A stretch of 60,045 bases of DNA, filler included, from Sphacelaria rigidula (Eukaryota), in the NCBI GenBank assembly GCA_964200075.2. It is 10 parts of 10 records of this genome, joined end to end, with 100 filler letters (N's around TTAATTAATTAA, not from the genome) between each part and the next. Parts side by side here need not be neighbours in the genome. Positions count along the whole stretch, not along the records: positions 24,061 to 29,975 come from CAXNAA020023522.1; positions 30,076 to 35,989 come from CAXNAA020023523.1; positions 36,090 to 42,003 come from CAXNAA020023524.1; 7 more parts are not named here. The stretch is one strand, 5' to 3'. Within the stretch, counting starts at the first letter, position 1. Each line of letters opens with the position of its first letter. The notes under the pieces are model-generated. The model saw only the letters and a program-made list of their open reading frames with translations, was not told where the DNA came from and searched no databases. This document shows, one piece after another, positions 25,110 through 37,000 of this stretch. Both the position numbers and the translations under genes were made by a program.

Positions 25110-25310
25110 TTTACACATATCACTCCTTAATGATACTCTACATAGCAGCGTGTACAGCAGTAGTAGTAGTACTATTGCAGCAGGACACACGACGCTATAC
25201 CGTAAATGTCCCGTGGACATCACTCCTCCTTACTACATGCGTGTTGTGTAGCAAGCTGTGTACAGCAAGCAGCGGGTGCAGAATGTGGTACGTGGTGTGT
25301 TGAGAGGGAA

Positions 25311-25565
25311 ATGGAAGATCCGTGCCAACGACATTGAGCGGGGTGCCGCGGTTGTTCGCAACGGTAAGATCTGTATCTTGGGGCCCTTTGCTGGGAGGGG
25401 GAAGTGATTCCTTCGGCCAAAGTGGCGATGGAAGCCGATGGAAGATCCGTGATCACGATATTCTGCACGGGCTGCATGGTTGTTTGCAGCGGTAAGATCT
25501 GTATCTTGGGGCCCTTTGCTGGGAGCGGGAAGCGATTGTTACGTCGAAGATGACCGATGGAAGAG
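25311..25565. repeat. Tandem duplication, period about 127 bp
   Basis: ATGGAAGATCCGTG...CGGTAAGATCTGTATCTTGGGGCCCTTTGCTGGGAG occurs twice. Confidence 0.92.
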
Positions 25566-25628
25566 ACTGATTTCCCGTCACATGTGGGTACAATTTCCAA
25601 AAACAAGGGTACAATTGGGAGAAAAGTA

Positions 25629-25771
25629 GTCACAGTAGGGTACACCATGGCCGTCTACCGCCGCCGCCGGGTGAAAATGGTCGTTGGCCAATCAGCTGCG
25701 CTCATTTCTCCTCCAAACAAAGAGGGTATCCAGGTTTGTCGCTAATGCACCATGGTATACCCTACTGTGAC
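25629..25771. mobile_element. 143-bp MITE-like element with 22-bp TIRs
   Basis: GTCACAGTAGGGTACACCATGG (25629-25650) and CCATGGTATACCCTACTGTGAC (25750-25771) match at 21/22. Confidence 0.75.
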
Positions 25772-25860
25772 GTTTGCCCTTTTATTTTTATATTTACCAG
25801 CTTCGTCTTCGTTTCGTTGTTGTAACAAAGCCAACTACGGCATCATCACCTACGTCGTGC

Positions 25861-26009
25861 CACACCCTGGACAACGGCAATAGGTTCCATGGTCAATAAG
25901 TGTACTGCGTACAGTATCGAATCTATTGCCCATTGCAATAGACACAGTAGTCGATGCTCTACGCTATACAATTTTTATACTGGAATCTATTGTCATTATC
26001 CAGGGGGTG
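25861..26009. mobile_element. Palindromic CACACCCTGG-family MITE-like element
   Basis: CACACCCTGGACAACGGCAATAG...CTATTGTCATTATCCAGGGGGTG. Confidence 0.8.
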
Positions 26010-26196
26010 CACCTGTCTACCGCGACGGTCTGCGTCCCATAATCAGGCTGACGTATGGAGCAGGAAGGCATATGTACACTATATGCAGAGAACCGCTTGC
26101 CAGTGCGCACAATTTTCTGGCGAACAAAATCGAACGTTACATAAATGTCGATGCTCCCCTCGTTGGGGAACAGCGTCCCCGTTTGCTGGGGTATAG

Positions 26197-26516
26197 GCCC
26201 CGGTGGTGTAGTTGTCCGACTGTCGCCATTAGGGTGGAGATAATGAGGGTTCGACTCCCGATGCGTTGGATTTTTTCTCCGTGATGTATTATTTCCACCC
26301 TGGGAAGCGTGAGAACGTGAGTAAAAAAAACAGTCGATTGGGTGTTTTTGACGCGAGTTGACGCGGTGCGGGAGTGCTGATAGTCATGACCCAATCCGCG
26401 AGACCAAAATACAACGCGTGTACGCACGGAGAGATGGGTTGATCTCTTGAGACCACGGACTCATCCCGAGGAAGGGGAGGGGTTCAAAGCGCGACAAACG
26501 AACAAAAAAGAAAAAA
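26197..26516 (+). mobile_element. tRNA-derived SINE family B, full length
   Basis: Head GCCCCGGTGGTGTAGTTG (A box), GGTTCGACTCC (B box), body homologous to 52422-52738 and 50429-50758, A-rich tail. Confidence 0.9.
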
Positions 26517-26850
26517 CACTATGAACGATGAATTTTAAATAGGTCAATCTTTGTTGCGGTGTAGGCCTATTGCAGTGGATTTGATTTTCCGTGACACGAC
26601 TGAAGCCTGGAATACATGTCGACCCGGGGAAAAAACGTCGACGGTGGTCAGTGACACCCTAGTTCAGGGCTCGCGCCCCATGCCCACTGCAAGGCACGCA
26701 TTTTCTTGACGCGAGTTGTCTTTTGGTGAGTCAGGCCTGAAATATCGGGCCAGCTTGTGCAGCGTGACCAAACCCATCCACTCGTTGTGCGCCGCGGTGT
26801 TCTCTGCTAAAACGAGAAGAAACAGAACCGCCATTCGTAAGTTGACCTCG

Positions 26851-27253
26851 CCCTGGATAATGACAATAGATTACATTGCCAAAAAATATACGGCGTATAG
26901 TATCGACTATTGCGTCTACTGCAATAGACAATATATCCCATACTGTACGCAGTACATTTCTTGACAATCTAATATATTGCCATTATCCAGGGTGTGAAGT
27001 TGACCACATCCTGGACGATGACAATACATGGTCAAGAGATAAATGTACTGGGTAAAGTGTAGGCCTATTGCAACTATTGTGGGGCCGACAATAATAGTCT
27101 CAATAGGCCTATACTTTACCCGGTATATTTTTTGTCTATTGCATCTATTGACCATATATTGTCGAGGGTGTGCAATAGTTGCAATATGCTTATACTTTAC
27201 GCAGTACAATTTGTTTATATTGCAACTATTCACCATACATTGTCCAGGGCGTG
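26851..27253. repeat. Cluster of CACACCCTGG-family units (two palindromes plus an extra half unit)
   Basis: CCCTGGATAATGACAATA..ATTATCCAGGGTGTG (26851-26996), CACATCCTGGA..GAGGGTGTG (27005-27172), half unit ending TGTCCAGGGCGTG (27253). Confidence 0.85.
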
Positions 27254-27518
27254 CAGTTTACTGAGCATTGCATCACCCGGTAAGACATATAGACACTTTC
27301 TACGATAGCATCCCCCCAAAACCAGCAGAAAAGTGTCACGAAAAAAATGAACATACAGCGCCTGATGTTTGGGTTCAGGCTGCATAAAGCGCCTCATATG
27401 GGCGACATTCGCGAGAACGGACCCAAGCGTGAGAATTCCCAGCTGCTAGTTGTGCTCGGCGTTTTCCATTTCGACTTATGTGGTGATTTTGCCTCCCCAA
27501 ACGAGGCACTTTTTCTTT

Positions 27519-27695
27519 GGGGGGGGGGGGGGGGGGGGGCGGGGAAAAATTTTTTTTATACTACCCCCCACATTTTTGTACAACGGCGGCCCCCCCCCCA
27601 GGAGAGACTTNNNNNNNNNNTTTTTTTTTTTTTTTGTTGGGGGGCGCTTTCTCCTACCAAGGTTGGTTTTGGTTGGGGGGGGGGGGGGGGGGGGG
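27519..27695. other. Low-quality sequence around a genuine 10-N assembly gap (27611-27620)
   Basis: Homopolymer-rich sequence between two long G runs flanking N10, typical of read decay after poly-G. Confidence 0.85.
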
Positions 27696-28192
27696 CTATC
27701 GTAAATTGTCTGTAACTTAACCTCGACATTCTCGTACAATGCGGCAGCCACGCCCATGGAAGTCATCTATTCCGAGGCTTATCGCCGAGGTCTTCCGGGA
27801 GGCGGGCTTTCATGATAGTATGACAGTGCGGGGCCTTGTTCCCCAGAACCAATCGAGGTTGGGTCTTTCTCATCACCCAGGGTGATACGCACTTTTCCAA
27901 AATTCACGGTACCCTCTTCAGCGTGGGCGGTCGGAAGGCATGCCGTAGGTAGCATCATTTCCGCGACGTTATAAGAAGAAAAAAAAGGTATCCTTTCAAA
28001 CGCAGCGTTTTAATGCATGTGCCCCCTCCCCTGCTTCTGTAACAAGCCAATAGGTGGGCTGTACGAGCAGTAAAACACACCAGGGTCCGAATTACCGGCT
28101 ATTTCCTACCTTCCCGCCCCCCACCCCCCGTCCATTTCCGCTCCAAATCACTTGCATTTTTCGCACTCTTTAGACACATTTTCGCCACAGAC

Positions 28193-28325
28193 TTTGACCC
28201 TTTGGGAACCCATTGACGTTTTTTGTTTTGTTTTTGTGAATTGGCATCATTTTGACTAGAAAAGGACTGAAAATGATGCCGATTTACAAAAACAAAAACC
28301 GTCAACGGGTTCCAAGAGGGTCGAA
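28193..28325 (+). other. 133-nt stem-loop (pre-miRNA-like or small MITE)
   Basis: Arms 28193-28253 and 28270-28325 with a 16-nt loop. By eye: 4 G-U pairs on the plus strand, 3 mismatches and one 5-nt bulge. Confidence 0.6.
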
Positions 28326-28442
28326 ACCCCACCCACCCATGCACCAATCGGGAAAATTTACACCACCAGCGCTACAATCAACATCCTCCCGAAACAGAAA
28401 TACATGCCATGATGGAGCGAGAGTACACGCCACGAAACCCAC

Positions 28443-28676
28443 CGTGCTCGACGACCCGTGCGCGATCGGAGAGGTCTTCTCTCCCAAACTCCCCCCACGC
28501 CCGCGTCGACCGTTCTTACAACGGCAGTCGTTGGCGCCACCGGTGCCGCCTGCGGCATGACTATTCCCGCCAGCCAATCTTGGTCCCATGATTTCCCGCG
28601 CAGACGCCCTCTCTCGCTCTAAGCACTCCTCGCGCTCTAGGTTGGCCCTCTGCGCGAACATTTTCAGCTGCTCCAC
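28443..28676 (-). CDS. Probable internal exon of an unknown protein (VEQLKMFAQRANLEREECLERERASARE...HGSSST)
   Basis: CAAAG acceptor, ACG|GTGGGT donor, 234 nt, phase 0/0, GC-rich and coding-like, with a coiled-coil-like start. Confidence 0.55.
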
Positions 28677-28804
28677 CTTTGGTGTTGTTACAGTATGTGC
28701 CAGTTGGAAACGTGTGTGTGTGTGTGTGTTTGCGCGTGCTTGTTAATCGTTTAGTGCCTTGAAAAAAGGACAGCTTTGAGAAGGGGGTTGGCTGATGATC
28801 TCAC

Positions 28805-28852
28805 CAGACCGTGATGATTAGATATATTTCTCGAAGACGGCATCAGGTTTGC
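28805..28852 (-). CDS. Possible 48-nt exon (ANLMPSSRNISNHHGL)
   Basis: Pyrimidine-rich tract plus CACAG acceptor, CTG|GTGAGA donor, phase 0/0 and in phase with its neighbours. Confidence 0.4.
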
Positions 28853-29210
28853 CTGTGATACGTACAGAAGAGAGTGGAGTCGTGAAAGAAGCTTCTTCTC
28901 GAGAGACATGATAGATTCGCTTGAGCTAGTTAGTTTCGCGCCTCCAGCGCGACTGAACGGGCAAGTAGAATACAGTAGAGAATTAAGTTTACGACTGTGC
29001 TGTATTTTTCAAAGAAGATGTCGGGGATGCTCAGTCCAATGGTTCTGTATGTTTTTTGGTGACACTTAATGCTAGCTGTCGCGCTCCGACACACTACACA
29101 TCGGTTACCCAACACCTACCGCGGATACAGTAAATAATCAGGGCTCTCTCACAATCCCTTTCAGTACAAGCCATGAGTCAACCAACACAAAGGTTGCGTA
29201 TAGTGCCTAC

Positions 29211-29409
29211 GATGCCCTCGTGCTTAACTTTGTCGCTCTCTTTTGTCTCCCCTTTCTCGCTCGCTGAAGCCCCGTCTACCGCAAACGTGTGGCGTTGACC
29301 GTTGGTTTTTTGCTTCACCACTTGGAATGTATCCCGTTGTACTCTAAACCAAGCCAGATCTAGGTTGGCGACGACGTTGAGTGTATCCAAACGCGCAGCA
29401 GTATACGAG
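29211..29409 (-). CDS. Possible exon (SYTAARLDTLNVVANLDLAWFRVQRD...KHEGI)
   Basis: CTCAG acceptor, ATC|GTAGGC donor, open frame ending in phase 0. Confidence 0.35.
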
Positions 29410-29975
29410 CTGAGCCAGCGAATAGTTTTTTTCTGGGGTGAGGGTGGTGATGGGTAATGCGCAGTTTAATTCGAGGAGTTAGGCGCTAAAAATGTTTCCG
29501 ACATACTCATCATGATTTTCAACACGCGAAACATTTCTCGAGCTACTGCAAAGCGGGAAAAAATAAAAGAACAGAAATTTAGATCGATCCGAAATTTCAG
29601 CAAAAACTAGGTAATGTAATGACTCCATGAATTGAAAAAAAAACGGGGGTGGCTTCAATCACGATTTGTTTTTCACCTGCAGGCAGAAGATAATTGTAAA
29701 ATTAAAGACTCCTGAAATTGGGCTACGCCTGGAACTTTTTGTCTGACACCGCTGCGCCCCGGTAGTCTAACGATACAGTAGACTACACGTACGAAGGACA
29801 CGAGTTCTACTGAAAGATCTAACTCCCGTAACGGAGAACGTGCATCATCGACCTGCCTATAGTTACACACATGGAAGCCACCGGGTAAACCTCGACAATC
29901 CACAGGCAAAATCGTGAAAAAACATGGATTCGAATACCCTTCGAAACTAGTTCAACAATACTCCAGGGGCGGGGG

Positions 29976-30075
29976 NNNNNNNNNNNNNNNNNNNNNNNNN
30001 NNNNNNNNNNNNNNNNNNNTTAATTAATTAANNNNNNNNNNNNNNNNNNNNNNNNNNNNNNNNNNNNNNNNNNNN
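29976..30075. other. Artificial fragment-joining spacer
   Basis: N44-TTAATTAATTAA-N44. Confidence 0.99.
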
Positions 30076-31744
30076 GGTTGCCACATCCTGTTGAAAGCTC
30101 TCCACGGCGACTCATACTGCTTGATATATCTGTACATTACCTGATGCGCACAACTCCCGAATTATAGTACAGACAGTTTGTACCTGCACCTGAAAAACGA
30201 TTGGATGAAACTTTCGGTCATCCAACCCTGCGGTTACGTATATACGTGGGTTTATTAGCAACATGAAGCCACTGTTTCATGCATATGCGGCACACGTCAT
30301 TCCTAAGCAGCCTCATCGATGGTTCTGGAGGCCCAGCCCCGAAAGGGTTAACTTGGTTTCAAGTCCGAACCCCGCACTAATGCTTCGACCTCTGAAAGCA
30401 TTCCGTTATCGAAACCAAGTTTGTGACACAAACTGAGGAAGCTTGCACGCTTTGGACGAATCATCGCCGGCTCGAATCACGAAATCTACGATTTATCAGG
30501 CATGATTTCTCGAAAGAGAGAAGAAAATTGACCGCTGGTCAAACGGTTCTCCACACAATGCTTTCGTCATTCCAAGTCCCTGGGCCGCGCATACGTGGGC
30601 TGCAATGCTGAAAACAAAGCTAGAGGAGTGATTCGTACGGTATGAATCACACTGAAATCAAGTAATTTCAAGACGAATCATGAACTCGTCCGACCCTTGA
30701 AAGCTTGAGCCTATGACAGCGAGCACAAGTCACTTTTTGAAATCAGCATTATTTTTGCTTGAAAAAATACTGCACGTACAGATGAGCTACACTCGCGGTA
30801 AAAGGATTAACTTTGGAGTCGTACGCGAAAGTCCGCCGGTAAAAGGATGGGAAAAAAAAGGGTTGCGGTTTCTAGCGTTGTTCCAAAACGAATTTCCTCT
30901 GCAAAAATTCGATGTGATGTAAACAGCGTCTGGGACTGTCAGCCCTCAACAGACGCGAGTGTACTGATTGTAGATGGACACCGAGGGATCATTTGGCCAT
31001 GGAATTTGGCGACCAACTTGGAATCGACTGCCATAATTCGTACAGAATGTGGGAATACATTCGAAATCATCCAAACATTACTGCGAAAATCTGTAAGCTG
31101 TTTTTTTATTATGAGATACCTCCATCGCTCACGATTCATGACTCGACATTTCACACTAACAGACCCAGGCACCATATCGATCCCGTGATAGTGGCTCATT
31201 TTTAATCCCTACTCAGCTGGAGATGTGTCATCTGTTTTATTGATTCGATTGATATTCGCACACCAATCCGATCCGCTACGAATTCAACCGGCCGCAAGAT
31301 AGACGTGATCAAGGTACAAGTTGCAAGCAACAGGAAAGACTCGCGTGAAGACACTGGAAGAGAGATGATGGAGATGATGGAAATTGAACTGCAGACTGGG
31401 GAAAGGGAGGGAAGAAGAACGATGCGAGATCGATATCCAACACCATTATGGCGTCCAAACATTTGTTTCATGTCCAGAAGTGTCTGATGTTTTCATGTCT
31501 GGATTTCGTAGTTGGGTTGACTTCCTCGGGGCCAAGAGTTGATTCCTGATTCTAGACATGGAGGAGGGTTGTTCACAGTTCTCACGGCTCTTCACTGCGA
31601 AGAGCTGACGATATGGCGTTTTCATTGTTCTCCCCTGGTGTGCAAATTGCCTGTACGCGCTTTTGTGCAGCCTGATTCAAATGTGTACCATCTCAGCCGC
31701 CCCTTCAAACACACACACACACCACCACCATCACCACCACGCAG

Positions 31745-31952
31745 GCACGGCCATGCCATGTGGGAGACCTTTGTGCTACTAGCAAAGTGGGTCTCGTGCT
31801 CCGAATGAGCATGGCTCTGAGGCTTGACATGATCGAGGAAGGAGACGAGGTCGTGAAAGATATCACAGGCGAGCGCAGGGTGGTGTGGATGACTTGGATT
31901 GGCACGCTAGTGTCCGATACCGTGGCTTCTCTGCTACCGGAGGTCCCAGCAG
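31745..31952 (+). CDS. Exon of a single-pass membrane protein (ARPCHVGDLC...TVASLLPEVPA)
   Basis: CGCAG acceptor and CAG|GTGGGC donor in phase 1, which matches the phase-1 acceptor at 32376 to give ...PEVPAGDVETSV. Confidence 0.7.
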
Positions 31953-32375
31953 GTGGGCACATTTGGGTAAATGTCGAGGAAGGAGGCGGAGAGAGGGATG
32001 CATGTGCAGACACAAACACGGGACGCATACCAGAGAGTCGGAGAGCCAATAGGCACGATGGACACGAAACACACGGGAAGGGAGAAGGGGGGGGTATGCC
32101 ATAGCTCCATGGTCGTTCTTGAAGCTGTTGGATTATTGACGACATGTCTTTGTGTCTCGGTATAGAGAACAAGCAAGACTGTCGGGAGAGGGGATGTATC
32201 ATTTCATATCCTTCAGTTTACTGTGAAGGCTGCGCATCAGGAATCTTGTTTCCAACCTCCACCCGTTTCCCTGACCTACCTACGGTACGATTGTTTGCAT
32301 AAATATGTCGGATTGAAAAATGAGAAAGAAATGGTGAAACATTGACGCCTGGTTGTATGTATATTGTCGCCACAG

Positions 32376-33079
32376 GTGATGTGGAGACGAGCGTAGGAGT
32401 AGCAAATGCGGACGCTGCTGGTGGTGCAGAGGGCGACGCAAACGGCGGCCGTGCAACTTTGCCGTGTACGGCTGAGGTGACGATACATATCACACCAAAG
32501 GTGGACAACAACATAGCCAATCGGGCGAGCAGCGCGCTCAACATCCCGTCCCTGACGGAGGTCTTGACGGCCTCGCTGGAAGAGATCACCCACGCAACGG
32601 GGGGATTGTGGCACGGCGGACGCGCCACGCCGAGTAAAGCAGGGTTCGTCATTACCTTCGTGTCTACGGAACAAGCAGTCATGTTCATCGCGAGTAACAT
32701 GGAGCCCTATCTTCCTTCCGTCAATGATCGGCGGCAGGCCGTAGAGCCGGATGACGCCCGGTTCAATGATCGCGTCACTACCCAGACGTTCGTGGTCCTA
32801 GCGTCCCTCCTTGGAGTAGTAGTGGCGTTGTATGCGGTCGGTGCCAGGATGAAGAACCTGCGCGCAATGACAGGAAAAAGTAGAGCAGAATTCGAGCCGA
32901 TTTCACAGGTTGAGATGCACGGGCGAGGAGCGGCGGCCAGGGAGGGAGGTGAAGGACGGCGAATAGTTGATGGTTTACTGCGCGAGGGTGTCGCGTGCTC
33001 CGCGGGCGCGCTGGTAGAGGAAGGGGCTGCGAATCGTGCGCAGCGAAAACACGCTCATGTGGCAAGGGGTGGCACGTAA
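32376..33079 (+). CDS. Last or near-last exon of a type-I membrane protein, with a possible SEA-like juxtamembrane module
   Basis: CCACAG acceptor, 704 nt open, hydrophobic helix FVVLASLLGVVVALYAVG followed by basic residues and a cytoplasmic tail. Ends at TAA 33079, or at a GTAAGA donor at 33076. Confidence 0.75.
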
Positions 33080-35358
33080 GACACAGACGTTGAATCCGCC
33101 CGTGTGTTTTTCTGTCAGGGTGTGAAGGTGTGAGAGTCACCATGTGCTGTGTATGTTTTAGTAGTGGTAAACCGCCCCCTCCTACCCAATTTCACCCGCC
33201 TTTGCCATTCACATGAGTGATGTTTTGTGCACTCTTCATCTCGAGCTCGTCTTCTTTCAGTGTCGTCCTCCCGTCATGCTTCCGTAGTTTCCTTTACCCT
33301 TGGAGTTCTGTATGATTTCCCTCGTTGGCGGCGTTGCGTGCGTGGTGTATTCCAGTCTTTCATTCGATAGTAACGCCTGTATTTTGTTCCGGTTCGACTT
33401 TTTTACATCGGTTAAAAACAGCTCTCTGCATTGTACGTGAGGGGTTGGGCAGCCGTGTAGACTACGCGGTTTCTATGCACAGACCTGAACGAGGCGTTCC
33501 TTGTTCGGACTGTGAGCAGATTCTTTTTGTATCGACACGTTTGAGAGCATGACGGCTGACTTAACATCCCATAACTAGAAATAGCATCTCATCACAGGCC
33601 GCGCGCGCCCTCATTGCCCGCCGCTGGCCACAACGCTGAGGATATCTCACCAGTAAACTTTGACTTCGCATGCGCTCAAGTACGCGGGTCGGACGTTTCA
33701 GGGGCGAAAACACGACTTGTCGTAGTATGCCCGAAGAGCGCGCAGGTTGTTGCATGGAGAAATCAGGACTCGTATTAAGTTCCTTTACGAAGCACACGAA
33801 CATCGATTTTTTTCGCTGAGTACGAATTCTCCGTGATGGTATGTCATGTGAGTATGTATGTGTATGAGTGTGCCTTGTTTCGAGAAGGGGTGTTATTTTT
33901 GTGAACTTGGTGAAAGGAAATTATCGTAAAAAGGTGGTGCCGGTACTTCACGTAATCACCACTTAGGCGCATTAGTGTGTAACGAAATGCGCCGTCTATA
34001 CTTGAAAGAAGCTGTCGTGATGAAGATGGGGTCGGAGTCTTTGACAACAAAAATAATATTGCGCAACGAGCTAGGCCAGCATTGCAGGGGATCTGTAGGT
34101 TGCAGGCCCATGCTCACCTCAGTTTAGAGACTGGACTTCAAGTTTGGTATGGAGAATCAACGGGGCATGAGAAAACAAGTAACTTTGGAACATTCTACAT
34201 TTTCTGTCCTCTTTTCATGACTTGGGACGTTTTCGTGATCGAAATTCAGACTCAATGCATTTGGTGTCTCTGCCAGGGGTATACCAATTTTAGTTTCAAG
34301 GAACGTAACCCCCGAACATTGAGAGAAACGCGAAGAAGAGGGTTTGGGGGGTTGGGCGCCAGGCGGCAGGTCTGTGCTAATTGCTTGAATTTAGTGTGTT
34401 AGACTACTAGTTGACTTGAGTAAAGTTGTAAACTACTTGATCTTAGTGCGGTTCTAGACTACCTTATCTTGGTGTACAGTTTGATTGACATTCGATTATT
34501 GCATGGACACTGGAGCAAGGTCAAATAACAACAGCTTAGCTTATTTACGAGTTCATCGTGCACAACCGTGTTTGAACATTTCTCGCGGAGTATCCTTTCT
34601 TATTGCCATTGAGCGTCTCGCTACAACACAATCATGCAGCAGTTTACACCAAGGCTCGCAAGCTCCATACCATTGTCGACTGCGATCAATATGATCGGAA
34701 GTGACAGCGGGTCAGGCAAGTTCGGCCCGGTTACAGCAACCGCAACCTTCACAGCGGTCAGCACAAGAAGACTTGTCACGCAAATATCGCGAAACATGCT
34801 TGCTGCTTGCGCCTTCAAACATGAAAAAGATTGCAAGATGGGTTGCAACTAAGTGATACAAATCCCCAGCAAAACAAATTCGACTGCGTTTGTTCGTCGG
34901 AAGTGACCAGGGTCAGCAGGATATCCCCGTCTACCCCCTGTTGTCCTCCTACACGCTTTTTCATCGCGCACATACACTGTAAATGTCTCCCAGCACACGG
35001 CACATGGCGGCAACACACGAATTGAAGAGAAATTCATGTGCTTTGTTGATAAAAATCGGACACACAAGGAGAGTGCGTAGGGGGTGGAGGTTGGTCATTT
35101 CCAACCCTCGTCCACCTACCCCCCCGTCTCTCCTCGTAATATCGTGATTTAGTGTGAAATCTTTTGTGCGCGATATCTCGACGAAGAGCAAATTAGGTGA
35201 AGGTGGCGGTATCAATACTTCGCTCGTGCTTCAAGAATGTTCACATTCGGACGATGAAGAAGATACGCAGATCACCACCCAATTCGTCTGTGTCGATGAG
35301 ATGTGGCTGTGAGAGCTCGAATCAGATTTTCACGCTGGTCCAGCTCGTATAGTTGCCA

Positions 35359-35507
35359 GCAGGGGGGCCTATATCGGGGAACGGCCGCACCACCGCCCCC
35401 CAGGCCGCAAAAACCTCATTTTGGGGTTGAAGGAGGGGGCGCGGGGGGGCGGGAGGGGGAACGGGGGAGGACCCGAATCTATGTGTGGGGGAGTACCCCC
35501 TCCCCTG
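35359..35507. repeat. Short GC-rich interspersed repeat (homolog of 23436-23567)
   Basis: See 23436-23567. Starts CAGGGGG and ends GGGAGTACCCCCTCCCCTG. Confidence 0.7.
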
Positions 35508-35989
35508 AAGCTGGATGATGCCCGATAGTAGTTTCTGCACTGCACCGCACGTGTATCAATCTCACGTTCATTACATTTGATTACCTGGAGTTAGTAAAGG
35601 CGGTAGTGCAACCATTTCCCGATATGAGGCACCTCGTTGCCAGGTCTGCTGTACCGATGAAAGCTCAACCTCTAGATTACATGAAGTTTGAATAGTATTG
35701 CGGAGTTGACTGCAGGTTTTGTCTTCTTTAGATTTCCTTGCTTGAACCAGCCATCGATGATGCGACAACCGCCCGTTCGTAACAAAAGGGCCTAGCTTGA
35801 CCGTGCCACCAGCCCCGAGATCGGAACAGTATGGTGTTCAACAACCTCCTGCATCACGAAAGACCGACGCGTTGTGTGTCCAGTTATTGTGTCGACGCAG
35901 AGAAACTCGGGAACCATTTCCGGGGAGAGAGGGGCGAGGTCGTTGTGACGACCGTGAACGGCAAATGAGCGGGAAAAGAGCCGAATGTG

Positions 35990-36089
35990 NNNNNNNNNNN
36001 NNNNNNNNNNNNNNNNNNNNNNNNNNNNNNNNNTTAATTAATTAANNNNNNNNNNNNNNNNNNNNNNNNNNNNNNNNNNNNNNNNNNNN
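35990..36089. other. Artificial fragment-joining spacer
   Basis: N44-TTAATTAATTAA-N44. Confidence 0.99.
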
Positions 36090-36359
36090 CAGGCATGATC
36101 ATGAGTACACCCCCCCCCCTACGTATGCATACTACAGTCTGTTTGCTGCTGGAACGAAATAAATAACGCTTCGAAGCCGGTTCCCTACCCCTTGGGTACT
36201 ACATTTCATACCAACTCCGTAGAACCCACTCGTGAAAAAATGAATTAAACACCTGATGGGGAAGACATGTTGGGAAAAAAAACGCTTCGCCCCCCCGCGC
36301 ACGGAACGTACACACACGGGGAGGAATTAAGGCAAATTTCAAAACATACAGCCATTCTC

Positions 36360-37000
36360 AACAGCCTACACATTTCCGGGAACAAATACAACCATATGGT
36401 TGCGTCGTACGTCCCCGATCCCCACATTATGTTGACTCGCGGGAGAACGACGGCCGGGAAGAGTCCTCGAAGTCTACGCCTATCGACCAACATACCTACC
36501 CTTCGAAATGTTCTTCTTTGCATTCCTTTGGTTTACACACGCGGCCACACGGCTTTATTGCGATTTTCATCCTCTCGAGGGTAAGTAAAATGATCCTTTG
36601 GAGGATCAAATACCTTCCAGAAGGTGTTTCACTCCTCTGAAGTGGAAAGTAAACGAATCCTGTACGTGTTGCTTGGGCTGTGGTCCGTCGCTCACGGTGA
36701 TCAAGCGCTGGTCTGGAAGGGACATGGGTGCAACCGCAACGATCGGAGGAAGACACCCGATTGTACAGTCTGCGCCGTTCGCTTCAAGCGTTTTTGCTCC
36801 GATCCGGAGTTCGGTCGGTGTCCATCTCCTTTTCCGTGCCGCAAATTGCAGATCCGGCAACGGTCTGATGTTGTCTCCGCATGATGTCGTTCGGGCTGGT
36901 GTGTCGGCAAGATGTTCACCCATGTTCGTTGGATTTTTGTGAGCTCCGGCACACAAGCCACCTGTATGCATCGTTGGATCTTCCAGGTCTTCGGACCGAC
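36360..37000 (-). pseudogene. Heavily decayed Ty3/gypsy pol remnant (RNase H end, integrase zinc finger, start of integrase core)
   Basis: Frame-hopping translation gives KIQRCIQ..LADTPAR (cf. RxxRW..ADALSR), HFRGVKHLLEGI..SFYLP..VAAC (cf. HxGxxKT..FYWP..VxxC) and WSIGVDF..GLFP..YDATIWLYLFP (cf. WxxIGVDFxGPLP..DYFTKWxExFP), in the expected order, with many stops and frameshifts. Confidence 0.5.

Noticed and set aside
27347..27766. Gly/Pro-rich ORFs and possible G-quadruplex
   Set aside because: The sequence is unreliable and homopolymer-rich around an assembly gap.
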